Part shown: piece after piece, positions 18,560 through 28,971 of the stretch | Position numbering within the stretch: the first letter of the stretch is position 1 | Layout: the number at the start of each line of letters is the position of its first letter | Origin: Planctomycetota bacterium | GTDB taxonomy: Bacteria; Planctomycetota; B15-G4 | Length of the DNA stretch: 64,000 bases | Assembly: GCA_965248575.1 (NCBI GenBank) | Contig: CBDFJQ010000002.1 | Span: forward strand, 4,544,001 to 4,608,000 | Direction of reading: 5' to 3' | Position numbers and translations under genes: made by a program | Notes under the pieces: generated by a model | The model's input: only the letters and a program-made list of their open reading frames with translations | Told to the model about the DNA's origin: nothing | The model's database searches: none

Positions 18560-19645
18560 TCAGGGGTCGATTGGGTCGAGTGTGTCCGTGGCCTTGAGTG
18601 CTTGCTGCGCGGCCTTGCCGACCTTCTTGATGATTTTGAGCGCCGGCTTGGTCTTGTCGATCAGCTTGATGGCTGCCGCCAGCTGCTTGGCCGTCTTCTT
18701 GAGGGCGCCGCGCGCCTTCTTTTGAATCTTGCTTTTGGCAAGTGCGTCCACGGACACCATGGCATCCGCGACATCCGGTTGAGCACCGACGAGCAAGGCA
18801 CGGGCGGCGTCAGTGTCCGGAGATCCGCCGTTGAGCACATGGAAGGCCTCGATCACGGCATCCATGACATCGTTCAAGTCGACCGCGATCTGTTCCTCGG
18901 CCGTGAGGGTGAAGCCCTCGACCGGTGGCGGGCCGTCGTCATCCACGCGGAAGCTGTCGAAGACAAGCGTGGCGGGGTGATTGAGGAAGCTGGCGCCCAT
19001 GGATGGAACCAGGGCGTCGTCGGGGTCGGCGGGCGAGTAGTTGAAGATGCGTCCGATCTCGGTCAGCGCCCCGCCCTCGCTCAGCTCTCCTAGGGTCGCG
19101 GGCCTGGCTTCGAAAATGAGGTCTGTCCCATCGTGGGTGATGGACATCAGAACAAGATCCGTTTGCGGAAAGAGAACGCTGCCGATCGTGAAGAACTGGC
19201 TCTGGGCGCGCACGCGCAAGCCATCGCCTTCGCGGCGCGCGCAAATCAGCTCGAAGTTCAGCGCACCGTTGATCGTGCTGCGTTCGTCCAGCTCCATGCA
19301 AACCTGAGCGTTGCCGTTGAAACCGGCGTTGTCTTCACCGGGGGCCACGCCTCCAATCACCGAAACGGTGAAGGGCGGGTAGAGCCTGCGATTGACCCGC
19401 GTGAACCCGAAGGCGGTGCCGCCGGCCTTCTTCTTGGTGCGCACAGCCGGTAGGAACCGACTCCCTGCAGCAGGAGCCTCGGTCGTGGGTTTCATGGGAA
19501 AGACAAAGACGTCGGTCAAGTCGGCGTCTCGTTCGACCCCGTTCTTGCCCTTGATCACACAGGCGGGAGTGAATGCGCTCAGGACAATCAGCAGGAGCAG
19601 AACATGGCGGTGCGTCACGGTAGGCCTCCGGAGGTGAACTCTCAT
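18560..19645 (-). CDS. Hypothetical exported (lipo)protein with Lys-rich C-terminal helical domain
   Basis: Hydrophobic N-terminus ending TPAC; beta-rich core; KSKIQKKARGALKKTAK tail. Confidence 0.7.
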   Translation of the reverse strand: MRVHLRRPTVTHRHVLLLLIVLSAFTPACVIKGKNGVERDADLTDVFVFPMKPTTEAPAAGSRFLPAVRTKKKAGGTAFGFTRVNRRLYPPFTVSVIGGVAPGEDNAGFNGNAQVCMELDERSTINGALNFELICARREGDGLRVRAQSQFFTIGSVLFPQTDLVLMSITHDGTDLIFEARPATLGELSEGGALTEIGRIFNYSPADPDDALVPSMGASFLNHPATLVFDSFRVDDDGPPPVEGFTLTAEEQIAVDLNDVMDAVIEAFHVLNGGSPDTDAARALLVGAQPDVADAMVSVDALAKSKIQKKARGALKKTAKQLAAAIKLIDKTKPALKIIKKVGKAAQQALKATDTLDPIDP

Positions 19646-19853
19646 CACACGATGTGTGGACGAGCGAGGCAAGCACTCTGGCACGATCATGTCGGATGAC
19701 GTCGTCTTCGGCGGCTCCTGCTCAGAGATTGGAGCCGAGTGGCACGCAGACGCCGAGGCCCACGGGAAAGCTGCATCCCCCTTGAGCCAGGGCCGAATCA
19801 AGTCGCTGCTGCGCGAGCTGCTGAAGCGCCCCTCCAAGCCTAGGAGCCACTTC

Positions 19854-21139
19854 ATGCGTTGCGTCACACGAACCCCGGTTATTTGCGTCCTGTGCGTCGT
19901 CACGCTCGTGGCCGGAGGCAGGGAGGGGCAAGTTCTTGCCTGCGACGCCCCTGAACTCGTCGCGGCTATCTACGGCGACCAGTCGCAGTTCATTGTTCTT
20001 CGCATACATCTTCAATACCCCCGGCAAGGGGCCGCTGAGCGCATCGCTCGTGGGTTTCTTCAAGGGCGACCAGGTCAGTGTGAAAGGCAAGAGCAAGAAG
20101 GCCGGCAAGATGGGCATTGCTGCCTACGCGGCTCTGCTGCAGAAGTCGCTGAACACGGAGTTGACGTTCCCTAGCAAGCCGCTGAACGACAAGCGCATGA
20201 CGATTTCTGCGTATCACGACTTTGGCGGGAGGGGGCGGCAGAGTTTCCGCGCGAGGCCGTGGGGACTTTTGACGTTCGGCTGACTGCGGCGATCAATGAT
20301 CGCAAGGAGATGTCGAGCGGAGTGTCCTACGCGCACCTGCAGATGAATCGTCCGCTCTCGCAGTTTGGCGGGCAGTTCACGTCGTTGCGCGCGACGTACA
20401 TGGCGGATGGCGGTGGCGGCTACCTCGGGCTTCAGCTGCAGACCTTCGAGCAGGGCAACATCGCCATCGACGTTCCGCAGATGTTCGTGGGCACCGCTGA
20501 GGTCGACATGCGCATCCAGCAGACCGACACGCAGCTCATCACCATGGCTCGCTCCACACCACCCGGCGAACCGGCCACTGACTCGCTCGGGAACGGCAGG
20601 ACGGTCATCTCGAGCCAGGACATCCTGGTGCCGGTCAAGCCTTTCACGCTGGAGTTCAGTGCGCGAGGGTTACTCAAGAAGGGTCGGTTCAACTTCGGTG
20701 ACTTCTCCCTCGGCAACACCGTGCCTGGCCCCGACCTGGAAACCGGTCTGTTCGTGGAATTGGCCAGCGCGCTGATCGACCTGGGTGAGGCCCGCGACGC
20801 GCTCCTGCAAGAAGCGCAGGTACCGATCTGGCCGAGGATGAACTGGACGTAGCCCGCGACACGCTCGGGGTGGTGCAAACCGATCTGCTGCAGGCGCTCG
20901 GCGCGGGAACGCTCGACGACTCCACCGAGGGCAAGACCGCGAAGAAGGCCCTCAAGCGAGCCATCAAGGGCACCGACAAGCTGATCAAAACGCTCGTGAA
21001 GGGGAAGGCCAAGGATCCGTCAAAGCTGGCCAAGCCCACGCAAAAGGCGATCGACTACACTCTCGTGGTCATGACCAATCTGTCCGGTCTCAAGGTCACC
21101 AAGGCGAAGCAGATCAACTTCGTGCCGCCCAACCCGTAG
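19854..21139 (+). pseudogene. Frameshifted probable paralog of the divergent 18560-19645 gene
   Basis: AGGAG + ATG at 19854; protein-like text passes through four frame segments with shifts near 19990, 20250 and 20820; Lys-rich tail AKKALKRAIKG. Confidence 0.6.
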
Positions 21140-21214
21140 GTCGCTGGCCGCGTCGTAGCGAAGTCAGAGCGTTGAAGCACAGGCGCACATCAATCACCAA
21201 CCAGGGACGAAACC

Positions 21215-22459
21215 ATGCTTGCCGACAGCCACTACTATTTCCACAAGGCCGCCGACGTGCTCGGCATGGCGGACAACATCCGCACGATCCTGCTCACGCC
21301 GCGTCGCACCGTGAAGGTGGAGATCGTCATCGAAGGCGATGACGGCGAGCTGCAGACGTACACTGGTTTCCGCGTCCAGCACAACATGGCCCGCGGCCCG
21401 ATGAAGGGCGGCCTGCGCTACCACCCGTCCATGGACGAAGACCACGCCGGCGCGCTGGCCAACCTCATGACCTGGAAGACGGCCGTCGTGGACATCCCCT
21501 ACGGAGGCGCGAAGGGCGGTATCAACTGCGACCCCCGCACCATGTCGGAGAAGGAGCTGTTCCTCGTCACGACAGGCTTCGTGGAGCAGATGAAGGAGGT
21601 CATCGGTCCCACCACCGACATCCCGGCGCCCGACGTCAACACCAACGCCCAGGTCATGGGCTGGATCATGCACGAGTATTCCAAGTACGAGGGCTTCTCC
21701 CCGGGCGTGGTGACCGGCAAACCGCTGGACCTGTTCGGCTCTGAAGGCCGCGACGCCGCCACGGGGCGCGGCGTCATGGACGTCCTGGGCGCGGCGCTCG
21801 AGGAGCAGGGCAAGGCCTTCGCCGACGTCACCGTCGCCGTCCAGGGCTTCGGGAACGTGGGCAGCAATGCCGCGCTGCTGATCGCCGAGCAGGGCGCCCG
21901 CATCGTGGCCGTCGCGGATCACACGGGTGGCGTCTCGAACGCCGCAGGCCTGGACGTGGTCGCGCTGGACGCCTGGGTCGACGCGCACGGAGGCGTGAAG
22001 GGATTCGCCGGCGGTGATGCCTTCGACAACAGCGAGATCATCACCTGGGATGTCGACGTTCTGATCCCGGCAGCCATGGAAGGCGCCATCACCAAGGACA
22101 ACGCCCCCGACATCAAGGCGACGATCATCGTCGAAGGCGCCAACGGTCCTACATCACCAGAAGCCGACGAGATCCTCCAAGAGCGGGGCATCCTGATCAT
22201 CCCCGACATCCTGGCCAACGCTGGCGGTGTCACCGTCAGCTACTTCGAGTGGGCGCAGAACATCCAGCAGTTCCGTTGGGACGAGGAGCGCATCAACAAC
22301 GAGCTCGACAAGACCATGAGCAAGGCCTACGCCGCGGTGCGCGCGATGGCCACCGAGTTCGACATCGACATGCGCACGGCCGCCTTCGTGCTGGCCATCC
22401 GTCGCGTCGGCAAGGCGGCCTTGTCCAGGGTCCACGTCGGGGTGGCCCCCAAGCTCTAG
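21215..22459 (+). CDS. gdhA: Glu/Leu/Phe/Val dehydrogenase, probably glutamate dehydrogenase
   Basis: RGPMKGGLRYHP, MTWKTA, GGAKGG, DIPAPD, VQGFGNVG, EGANGP, NAGGVTVSYFEW. Confidence 0.92.
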   Translation: MLADSHYYFHKAADVLGMADNIRTILLTPRRTVKVEIVIEGDDGELQTYTGFRVQHNMARGPMKGGLRYHPSMDEDHAGALANLMTWKTAVVDIPYGGAKGGINCDPRTMSEKELFLVTTGFVEQMKEVIGPTTDIPAPDVNTNAQVMGWIMHEYSKYEGFSPGVVTGKPLDLFGSEGRDAATGRGVMDVLGAALEEQGKAFADVTVAVQGFGNVGSNAALLIAEQGARIVAVADHTGGVSNAAGLDVVALDAWVDAHGGVKGFAGGDAFDNSEIITWDVDVLIPAAMEGAITKDNAPDIKATIIVEGANGPTSPEADEILQERGILIIPDILANAGGVTVSYFEWAQNIQQFRWDEERINNELDKTMSKAYAAVRAMATEFDIDMRTAAFVLAIRRVGKAALSRVHVGVAPKL

Positions 22460-22665
22460 CGCCCTCTCAAGCCCTCAGCGGGAAGCACCCGCCAGTCGGG
22501 ACTGATTGCCGCCTTTGTCCAAGAAGTCGGCCAGACGCACGACGCCGAGCAGGGTGGTGACAGTCGGCCTGGCCGCGGATCGTTGCCGGACGGCTCTGGT
22601 CAGGACGCTTTCGGGACCTGATACGATCGATCCTGGAGGGTCTGTCCGCGCCCGGAGATCTGCCC

Positions 22666-25347
22666 ATGCGAGACGTCGAGAAGCACGCCATTCTGTGGTC
22701 CGTGGTCCTCACCACGGTGTCACTGTCGAGTGGATGCGCGGGTCCCGTTGAGAGATCGGTTGCTCCCACCCCAGGGTCGGCGACGCCGGTCGCGACCCTG
22801 TTGCTTCCGGCTCCGGATGTCGCCGGGACGCGCACGCGCGTGATGCCTGACGCTTCACGCGCGTCGTCCGACGAACGCCCCGAAGCGCCTACGGCGGTGC
22901 TCGTCGCCGCCGGGATGGAAGCGCTCGAGGCCAAGCGCCGGAAGCTCGAGTCGCGCGGACCCAAGTCGTTCGACAAGCCGCAGGAGGCGATGGAGTTCCA
23001 CGTGCGGCAGCGTCTCGCAGCGGGTGCCGACCGGCTGCCCATCGCGCAGCTCGAGGCCGAACGAGACCGTCTTCGCCAACGCGAGGCACGCGTCGCGTCC
23101 CAGGCACTGAGTGTGCCACCGGGGGGCGTGCTGGGTTGGAGCTGGCTCGGCCCCGGCAACATCGGCGGCCGCACGCGAGCGCTCGTGATCGACCCCGGTG
23201 ACCCGGACGTCATGTACGCCGCGGGCGTGGCCGGTGGCGTCTGGAAGTCCACGAATGCCGGCGCGAGCTGGAACGCCACCGACGACCTCATGCTCAACCT
23301 GGCGGTGACCTGCATCGCGATGGACCCGACGGACAGCAGCGTGCTCTACGCCGGGACGGGCGAGGGCTTCTACGGGTCGAGCACCTTCGTGCAGGGCCTC
23401 GGCATGTTCAAGTCGGTCGATGCGGGCGCGACTTGGGCGCAGCTCCCGGGGACGGTCGGTGACAGCGTCCCCGAGGGCTCGTTCCACTACGTGAACAAGA
23501 TCGTGGTGAGCCCGAACGACAACGCAAGGCTCTACGCGGGCACGCGCACAGGCGTCTGGCGCAGCTCGGATGCCGGCGCCAACTGGACGCTGGTGCTCGC
23601 CAACCCCTTCTATCTCACGGCGTCGGCCAACTCGAACGGATCGCTCGTGGGCTGCACGGAGCTGGTCATCCGGCAAGATTCAGCACCGGACGTGCTCTTC
23701 GCCGCCTACGGCAGCTTCATGGCCGACGGGCTCTTCCGCAGCCTGGACGGCGGCAACAGCTGGCAGGCCTACACGGTGCCGGCCAACCAGGGCCGGATGA
23801 CGATCGCCCTGGCACCGAGCGACAACGACATTATCTACCTGCTGATGGCCGACAATGGGGGCGTCGGGGCGACCGGGCAGATCGTCGACCTCTACCGCTC
23901 CGACGACGGCGGCAACAGCTTCGTGAACCGTATCGACTTCGGCACCCTCACGGGGCCGTGGCTGCTCAGCAACCTGATCCTCGCGACGGGCTGCCTCCCG
24001 GGAGGCACCTACTCCCAGGGCTGGTACGACAACATCGTTGCCGTGGACCCCGTCGATCCGGACGTGGTGTGGGTGGGGGGCGTGGACATCTTCCGCTCCG
24101 ACGACGGAGGGCAGACGTTCGGCATACCGGGCTACTGGATCTTCTACACCATCGATCCGCCACCGCCGTACCAGATCCACCCCGACCACCACACGATCGT
24201 CTTCCACCCCGACTACGACGGCGTGTCGAATCAGACGATGTTCGTCGGCAACGACGGCGGGCTGTACCGCACGCAAAACGCGCGGGCGGCTACGAGCCAA
24301 GAGGACTGCCCGCTGCCGGGGACGCTGCCCCTGCCGGCGGTGGTCTGGGAGCGCCTCAACAACAACTACGGCGTGACGCAGTTCTATCACGGTGACAGTG
24401 CCGTGGTCGCGGACGTGTTCGTCGGTGGCGCCCAGGACAATGGCAGCCTGCGTGTCGAGGCCCAGGGCACGCCCAACGACTGGGACCTCGTGTTCGGCGG
24501 AGACGGCGGCTACGTGGCCATCGACCCGACGGATCCGCAGGTCATCTATGTGGAGTACCAGTTCTTCCCGACGATCCAGAAGTCGACCGATGGCGGCGAG
24601 ACTTTTGCCGACGCGACCAACGGCATCACCGACACCGACGGGGGGTTCATCGCGCCCTTCGCGATGGATCAGGCCGATCCCGACGTGCTCTGGACCGGTG
24701 GTTCGAGGCCGTGGCGCACCAAGGACGCCGCCACGTCGTGGCAACCCGCCGGTTTCGACTTCCCGGGCGCGAGCACGCTGTCTGCCATCGCCATCGCGCC
24801 CTCTGACTCCGACGTGGTCTACCTGGGTTTCGAGAACGGCTACGTCGTGCGGACGACCAACGGCTTGGGCGCCTTCCCTGTCTGGACCGTGCCGGCCGCG
24901 CCGGCGGTCAACGGATGGATCAGCAGCCTGGCCGTCGATCCGCTCGACCCCGACAAGGTGTACGCCACGACGTCGAACTACGGCCTGACGCACATCCTCG
25001 GATCGGTGGACGGCGGGCTCACGTGGACCTCGCTCGACGGCATCGGTTTCGAGGGCGTTCCCGATATCCCGGTGCACTGGATCGCCGTGCGGCCCTGCAA
25101 CCGCGACCAGCTGTACGTCGGCACGGAGCTGGGCGTCTTCGTGAGCGACGATCGCGGTGGGAGCTGGACGCCGGTGAACACGGGGCTCGCGAACGTGGTC
25201 GTGGAGTCGCTGGACTTCCGGGACGAGGACACCCTCGTGGCCTTCACTCACGGCCGTGGCGCCTTCCTCGCGACCCTCGAGCCGTGTGCTCCGCAGATCG
25301 AGGGTTCAATGAGCGGCAGCCGCCCGCAGAAGAAGGCCGCTCCGTGA
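22666..25347 (+). CDS. BNR/Asp-box repeat beta-propeller lipoprotein (glycosyl hydrolase/VPS10-like)
   Basis: LSSGC lipobox; LGPGNIGGRTRAL, repeated SxDxGxxW, QGWYD, HPDHH, GAQDNG, THGRG. Confidence 0.88.
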   Translation: MRDVEKHAILWSVVLTTVSLSSGCAGPVERSVAPTPGSATPVATLLLPAPDVAGTRTRVMPDASRASSDERPEAPTAVLVAAGMEALEAKRRKLESRGPKSFDKPQEAMEFHVRQRLAAGADRLPIAQLEAERDRLRQREARVASQALSVPPGGVLGWSWLGPGNIGGRTRALVIDPGDPDVMYAAGVAGGVWKSTNAGASWNATDDLMLNLAVTCIAMDPTDSSVLYAGTGEGFYGSSTFVQGLGMFKSVDAGATWAQLPGTVGDSVPEGSFHYVNKIVVSPNDNARLYAGTRTGVWRSSDAGANWTLVLANPFYLTASANSNGSLVGCTELVIRQDSAPDVLFAAYGSFMADGLFRSLDGGNSWQAYTVPANQGRMTIALAPSDNDIIYLLMADNGGVGATGQIVDLYRSDDGGNSFVNRIDFGTLTGPWLLSNLILATGCLPGGTYSQGWYDNIVAVDPVDPDVVWVGGVDIFRSDDGGQTFGIPGYWIFYTIDPPPPYQIHPDHHTIVFHPDYDGVSNQTMFVGNDGGLYRTQNARAATSQEDCPLPGTLPLPAVVWERLNNNYGVTQFYHGDSAVVADVFVGGAQDNGSLRVEAQGTPNDWDLVFGGDGGYVAIDPTDPQVIYVEYQFFPTIQKSTDGGETFADATNGITDTDGGFIAPFAMDQADPDVLWTGGSRPWRTKDAATSWQPAGFDFPGASTLSAIAIAPSDSDVVYLGFENGYVVRTTNGLGAFPVWTVPAAPAVNGWISSLAVDPLDPDKVYATTSNYGLTHILGSVDGGLTWTSLDGIGFEGVPDIPVHWIAVRPCNRDQLYVGTELGVFVSDDRGGSWTPVNTGLANVVVESLDFRDEDTLVAFTHGRGAFLATLEPCAPQIEGSMSGSRPQKKAAP

Positions 25348-25532
25348 CGGTGTGTGATCGCCGGGCGTGTTGCTCGCGCGGACGCTCCGTTCGTCGCATG
25401 TTCGAATCCCTTCACCCTTGCCAGCTCTTCTGAAAGGCAAGTCGCGAGTTCAACCTCGAGCCGCGCACTAGAACAGGGCGCATGAGACCCTGGACACTCT
25501 GGAGCGCACCGCAGACTGACGGAGGTCACAGC

Positions 25533-26050
25533 ATGGGAAACTCGAAGCGCTTGGCCGGCGTTGCTACCACTGGTGTGTCGCTGCTGGCCGTGATCGCGCT
25601 CATGCTGTGGCTCCTCACCGACCAGGACGAGAAGCGCGGCGCGGAGTCCGTCGTGTCCCGATCACCCTTGGTCGGGGGCCGCGGCCGCACGCCAGCACCG
25701 AAGGACTGGCCGATACCTGAATCGCCCGCCGAGCCGCGCCAACTCTTGCCAGGGTCTGCTGATGGCGGGGCGCTCGGTGATGGGGGCTCCGGTGGTGTGC
25801 TTCGGCACTACGGCATTCGGCATGCCAGCGGCTCACGCGCCAGCGGTCTGCGCGTGGCCTTCCAGCACCACGGAAAGACGATGGATGTGGGGGAAACGGA
25901 CGCGAACGGTCTGCTCGATTTCGTAGACCCACAGCCCGCCGCTAGCGCGCCCGTCGGCCTGTGGATCGGCGGCGTCGCGGGCTTGTCGTCGGCTTCGACA
26001 GCTTGTCTCTCGGGGTCCACCACACGCTCAGCTACTGTGGCATCGCCGGC
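25533..26050 (+). pseudogene. Probable truncated membrane-anchored protein (N-terminal remnant)
   Basis: GGAGGT + ATG at 25533, single TM, Pro-rich linker, GETDANG motif; the frame then degenerates and runs 380 nt antisense into the next gene; end approximate. Confidence 0.4.
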
Positions 26051-26150
26051 GCCTGCGTGGCCTTCTTTCGGCAGGACCTCAGCGACCTGGGCACCGGGAG
26101 CTTTGTCGCCGGCCGCTTTCTCACGGACCAGAGCTGAGCGGGCGGGTGTT

Positions 26151-27890
26151 TCAGCCCTCAGGCAGCTGGGAGATGACCGCTTCCGCCAAATCTGCGAGGC
26201 CCGCCTGCATGCCATCCGTGACGGCGATGACCACACGGACGTCGCGCTGCAGGATGAGCGCCCCTTCGGGGATACGGACGGCCTGGCGGAACTCCTCAGC
26301 GTCCTCAACGGAGTCCCACAGTGTTGCGAGGACCGTTGTGTTTTGCCCATCGCTGGTTTCGTAGAGCTGACAGACGTCGTACCCCCAGCCTGCGACGGCT
26401 GGGTGTGTCCAGCGGGCGGGGTCTCTGGCCAAAGTTTCGTCGGGCACCGATGCGTTCACCAGCAAGGCCAGCATCAACTCGCCCAGGGTGTCCTCTTCCA
26501 CGAGAGCCCAGCCCTCTCCCAGATGGGCTGAGCCGTCCTCCAATGCGAACGCCTTGGGCAGGTCCTGTGCGTCTTCGCTCCAGTACTTCTCTGGATGAAG
26601 GATCTGCTCAGTCGAGAGTGGGGGCTGGGAGAGCGCCCGTGTCACGTCGATGGAAACGCTCTCGACATCAGTGGTCGAGCCACTCCCCCTGGTCAGGAAG
26701 TTCACCCCCAGGTAGTAGTTGGAGCACATCCTGCGCTTGAGCAAATCGGGGATGTCCTGAGCCAAGACACGCAAAGTACCGATCTGCTTGATCTTGCTCT
26801 CGGGTGTGGCGTCGGAGAGCCCGGCCGCCGACATGAACGCGATCTGGTGCAGCACGGCCGAGCCTTCGGTCGCCCCGGCGAATGCTTGCCAACCGTCCTG
26901 AGTCCTGGGCGCGTGTTCGACCGTCTTGCCAGACCAGAGGGCGTGTCGGTGATCGTCCAGTGCATGCACGGCTTCGTGTGCGATGAGGTCCTCCAGGAAC
27001 TCGACGGGCGTGTCCGCGCAGAGCAGAAGGACCTCGCTGCTGCCGATCCATGTACCCGCCACCAGTGAGCCCATGGTCTCAACCGAAGTCTGGTACAGGT
27101 CGAGCCCGGTCGGCCATGCGCCAAGCTGGCCAAACGCACGGCCCATGGCTTCGTCGGACTCACGAGACGAGACGAAGCCTGACTCAATGTGCCGGTACAT
27201 GGCTTCGCGAGTGGCCAGCCTGACTTGGGGCGCGGCTCGATATTCAGCCTGCCTCAGCTTCGCGATGATGGGCAGGACCCGGGACACGATCGCCCGCAGC
27301 TCGTTCAACGTCGTGTGTTCCAACGCGGTCTGAGGGGGAGCTGGGTTGCGCGACCGCAGATGGACGTTGTCAATCAGGGTGGGCGCCGCTCCTTGGGCGG
27401 TGACCCTCAGCGCCAGGGCACGGGCCTCGGACGGGACGTCGATCTTGAGTCGCACGGTCACCCACTCACCCAGCTCGGGTGCATGAACCGAGTCGGCGGT
27501 GTCGAGTATCTCCCAGTTGTTCGTGTCCGGGTCGTGGCCCCAGGAGTCTGCGGTGAGCCACAGCTTGCACCCACGGGCGAGTGGGTTCACCTGCGCGCTG
27601 AAGGCGAGCTGTCGCCCACCTAGCAGAGCCGGGATATTGACGGTGAGTGACGGCCAGCTGTCCGAGGCGGCCTCGAGCAAGACCGCAGGGTCGTCGTCCG
27701 GGCCCAGGTCTGCGACCGGGCTCGCCTCGTCGAGCATCCAGCCGCTGGCCTCGTCGTCGAGCGTTGGGTTGGGAATGAGCTCGTTGATGGCCAAGTCATC
27801 GCCACTCTGGAGGGCGGAGCCGGGGGCGGCCACGGCGAGCAGCACCAGCAGGGCGCGACTCCCATGTCGAATGGTTTCGAGAGTGGCCAT
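26151..27890 (-). CDS. Secreted putative zinc metallopeptidase-like protein (HEXXH)
   Basis: Signal peptide; LIAHEAVHALD, EGSA, PPLSTEQILHPEKY, TLGE, AGWGYD. Confidence 0.75.
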   Translation of the reverse strand: MATLETIRHGSRALLVLLAVAAPGSALQSGDDLAINELIPNPTLDDEASGWMLDEASPVADLGPDDDPAVLLEAASDSWPSLTVNIPALLGGRQLAFSAQVNPLARGCKLWLTADSWGHDPDTNNWEILDTADSVHAPELGEWVTVRLKIDVPSEARALALRVTAQGAAPTLIDNVHLRSRNPAPPQTALEHTTLNELRAIVSRVLPIIAKLRQAEYRAAPQVRLATREAMYRHIESGFVSSRESDEAMGRAFGQLGAWPTGLDLYQTSVETMGSLVAGTWIGSSEVLLLCADTPVEFLEDLIAHEAVHALDDHRHALWSGKTVEHAPRTQDGWQAFAGATEGSAVLHQIAFMSAAGLSDATPESKIKQIGTLRVLAQDIPDLLKRRMCSNYYLGVNFLTRGSGSTTDVESVSIDVTRALSQPPLSTEQILHPEKYWSEDAQDLPKAFALEDGSAHLGEGWALVEEDTLGELMLALLVNASVPDETLARDPARWTHPAVAGWGYDVCQLYETSDGQNTTVLATLWDSVEDAEEFRQAVRIPEGALILQRDVRVVIAVTDGMQAGLADLAEAVISQLPEG

Positions 27891-27993
27891 GACGCGCAGT
27901 CTACATCGCGGCTCCTATCATTCCGCCGACGAGCGCGACGATCAGCGCGCGCCCTCCACAGGAAGCTCCGGGGAACGCAGCTTCCCGTCACCC

Positions 27994-28603
27994 TCAGGAC
28001 CCGTAGCACTCCTCTGGGAAGTGGTTCCCGTTGTAGATGTTGGTGGTCTAGTTCTTGGACTCGTGGTCGTAGAGGTCGCAGTCTCCGCTGCCGGTGGCCA
28101 CGTTTCCGCTGAAGGTGTTTGCCCTGTCGTCGGCTTCGACACCGTATTTCTTCGCTTTCTTCACGGTGTTGGCGATGACCTGGCACAGCGAGCCCCTGAT
28201 GATCATGCCGTTGCCCTGCGAGTTCTTGATCTTGTTACCTTGGACCACGGCCCCCAGCACGTCTGGGTACACCTCGATCCCGCGGCCGTCGGGCTTCTTG
28301 ACCACGTTGTCGAGCACGTACATCTCGCTGGCGCTGGTGCCGAAGATGTTGGCCACTGCGATGCCTGTGCTGGCTCCGGACGTCTTGTTGTCCTGGATGG
28401 TGATGCCGCTGCTTCCGTCCCCGACCCGCACCTCATCGCCGGGCTGGGCGGCATCGATGGCGGCCTGGATCGTGGGCTGCTGCGTCGGCACCTTGATCGT
28501 CTCAGCGGTGGCGTTCGCACTCAGGACCAGCAGGGTCGCGCTTGCCAGCAGGATGTGAAGAAGAGACCGGTTCAGGTTCAGGGAGCGGATCGTGGGGGGG
28601 CAT
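27994..28603 (-). pseudogene. Decayed right-handed beta-helix (pectin-lyase-like) secreted protein
   Basis: TIKVPTQQPTIQAAIDAAQPGDEV and Asn-ladder repeats; ATG at 28603 is out of frame by one base in a 7-nt homopolymer; in-frame TAG at 28048-28050 followed by TTNIYNGNHFPEECYGS*. Confidence 0.7.
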
Positions 28604-28763
28604 AGGGGGAATCATGGTGGGGCTCCGTGGACCCACGCAGCGAGCGTCGGTTGAGGGCGATGGCGGGCGTGAGCCGGTTCTGTACTGCTTCGGCACAGGT
28701 TCAGCGCCGATTCAGCAGGGGATACGCCAAGCGCAATCGGAGCCCTTCGGGGAATTTGCCGGC

Positions 28764-28835
28764 CACTCGCACCCGTATCCGTGTCCGTTCTCGCGACCGT
28801 GCGCAGAACCGTGCCCATGACCATGCCCATGACCG
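28764..28835 (+). repeat. Degenerate hexamer tandem repeat, 12 units
   Basis: cactcg cacccg tatccg tgtccg ttctcg cgaccg tgcgca gaaccg tgccca tgacca tgccca tgaccg. Confidence 0.6.
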
Positions 28836-28971
28836 TGAAGGTCTCGGCACGGCGATGGCGTGTCTCCCGGTGCGGAGCCGACCGGGCCGCCTTCCCTAGC
28901 GGAGAGACGCGTGAACGTCAGCCAACAAGCGCGGCGGGGCCTTCCATCCAGCGCCTGCTACCCTGGCGTTC

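Noticed and set aside
26051..26531. 3' half of the 349-aa ORF 25482-26531
   Set aside because: Runs antisense through the HEXXH gene; read-through rather than real coding
28048..28050. In-frame TAG as possible stop-codon recoding
   Set aside because: Many intact genes here end in TAG, and this gene has other lesions
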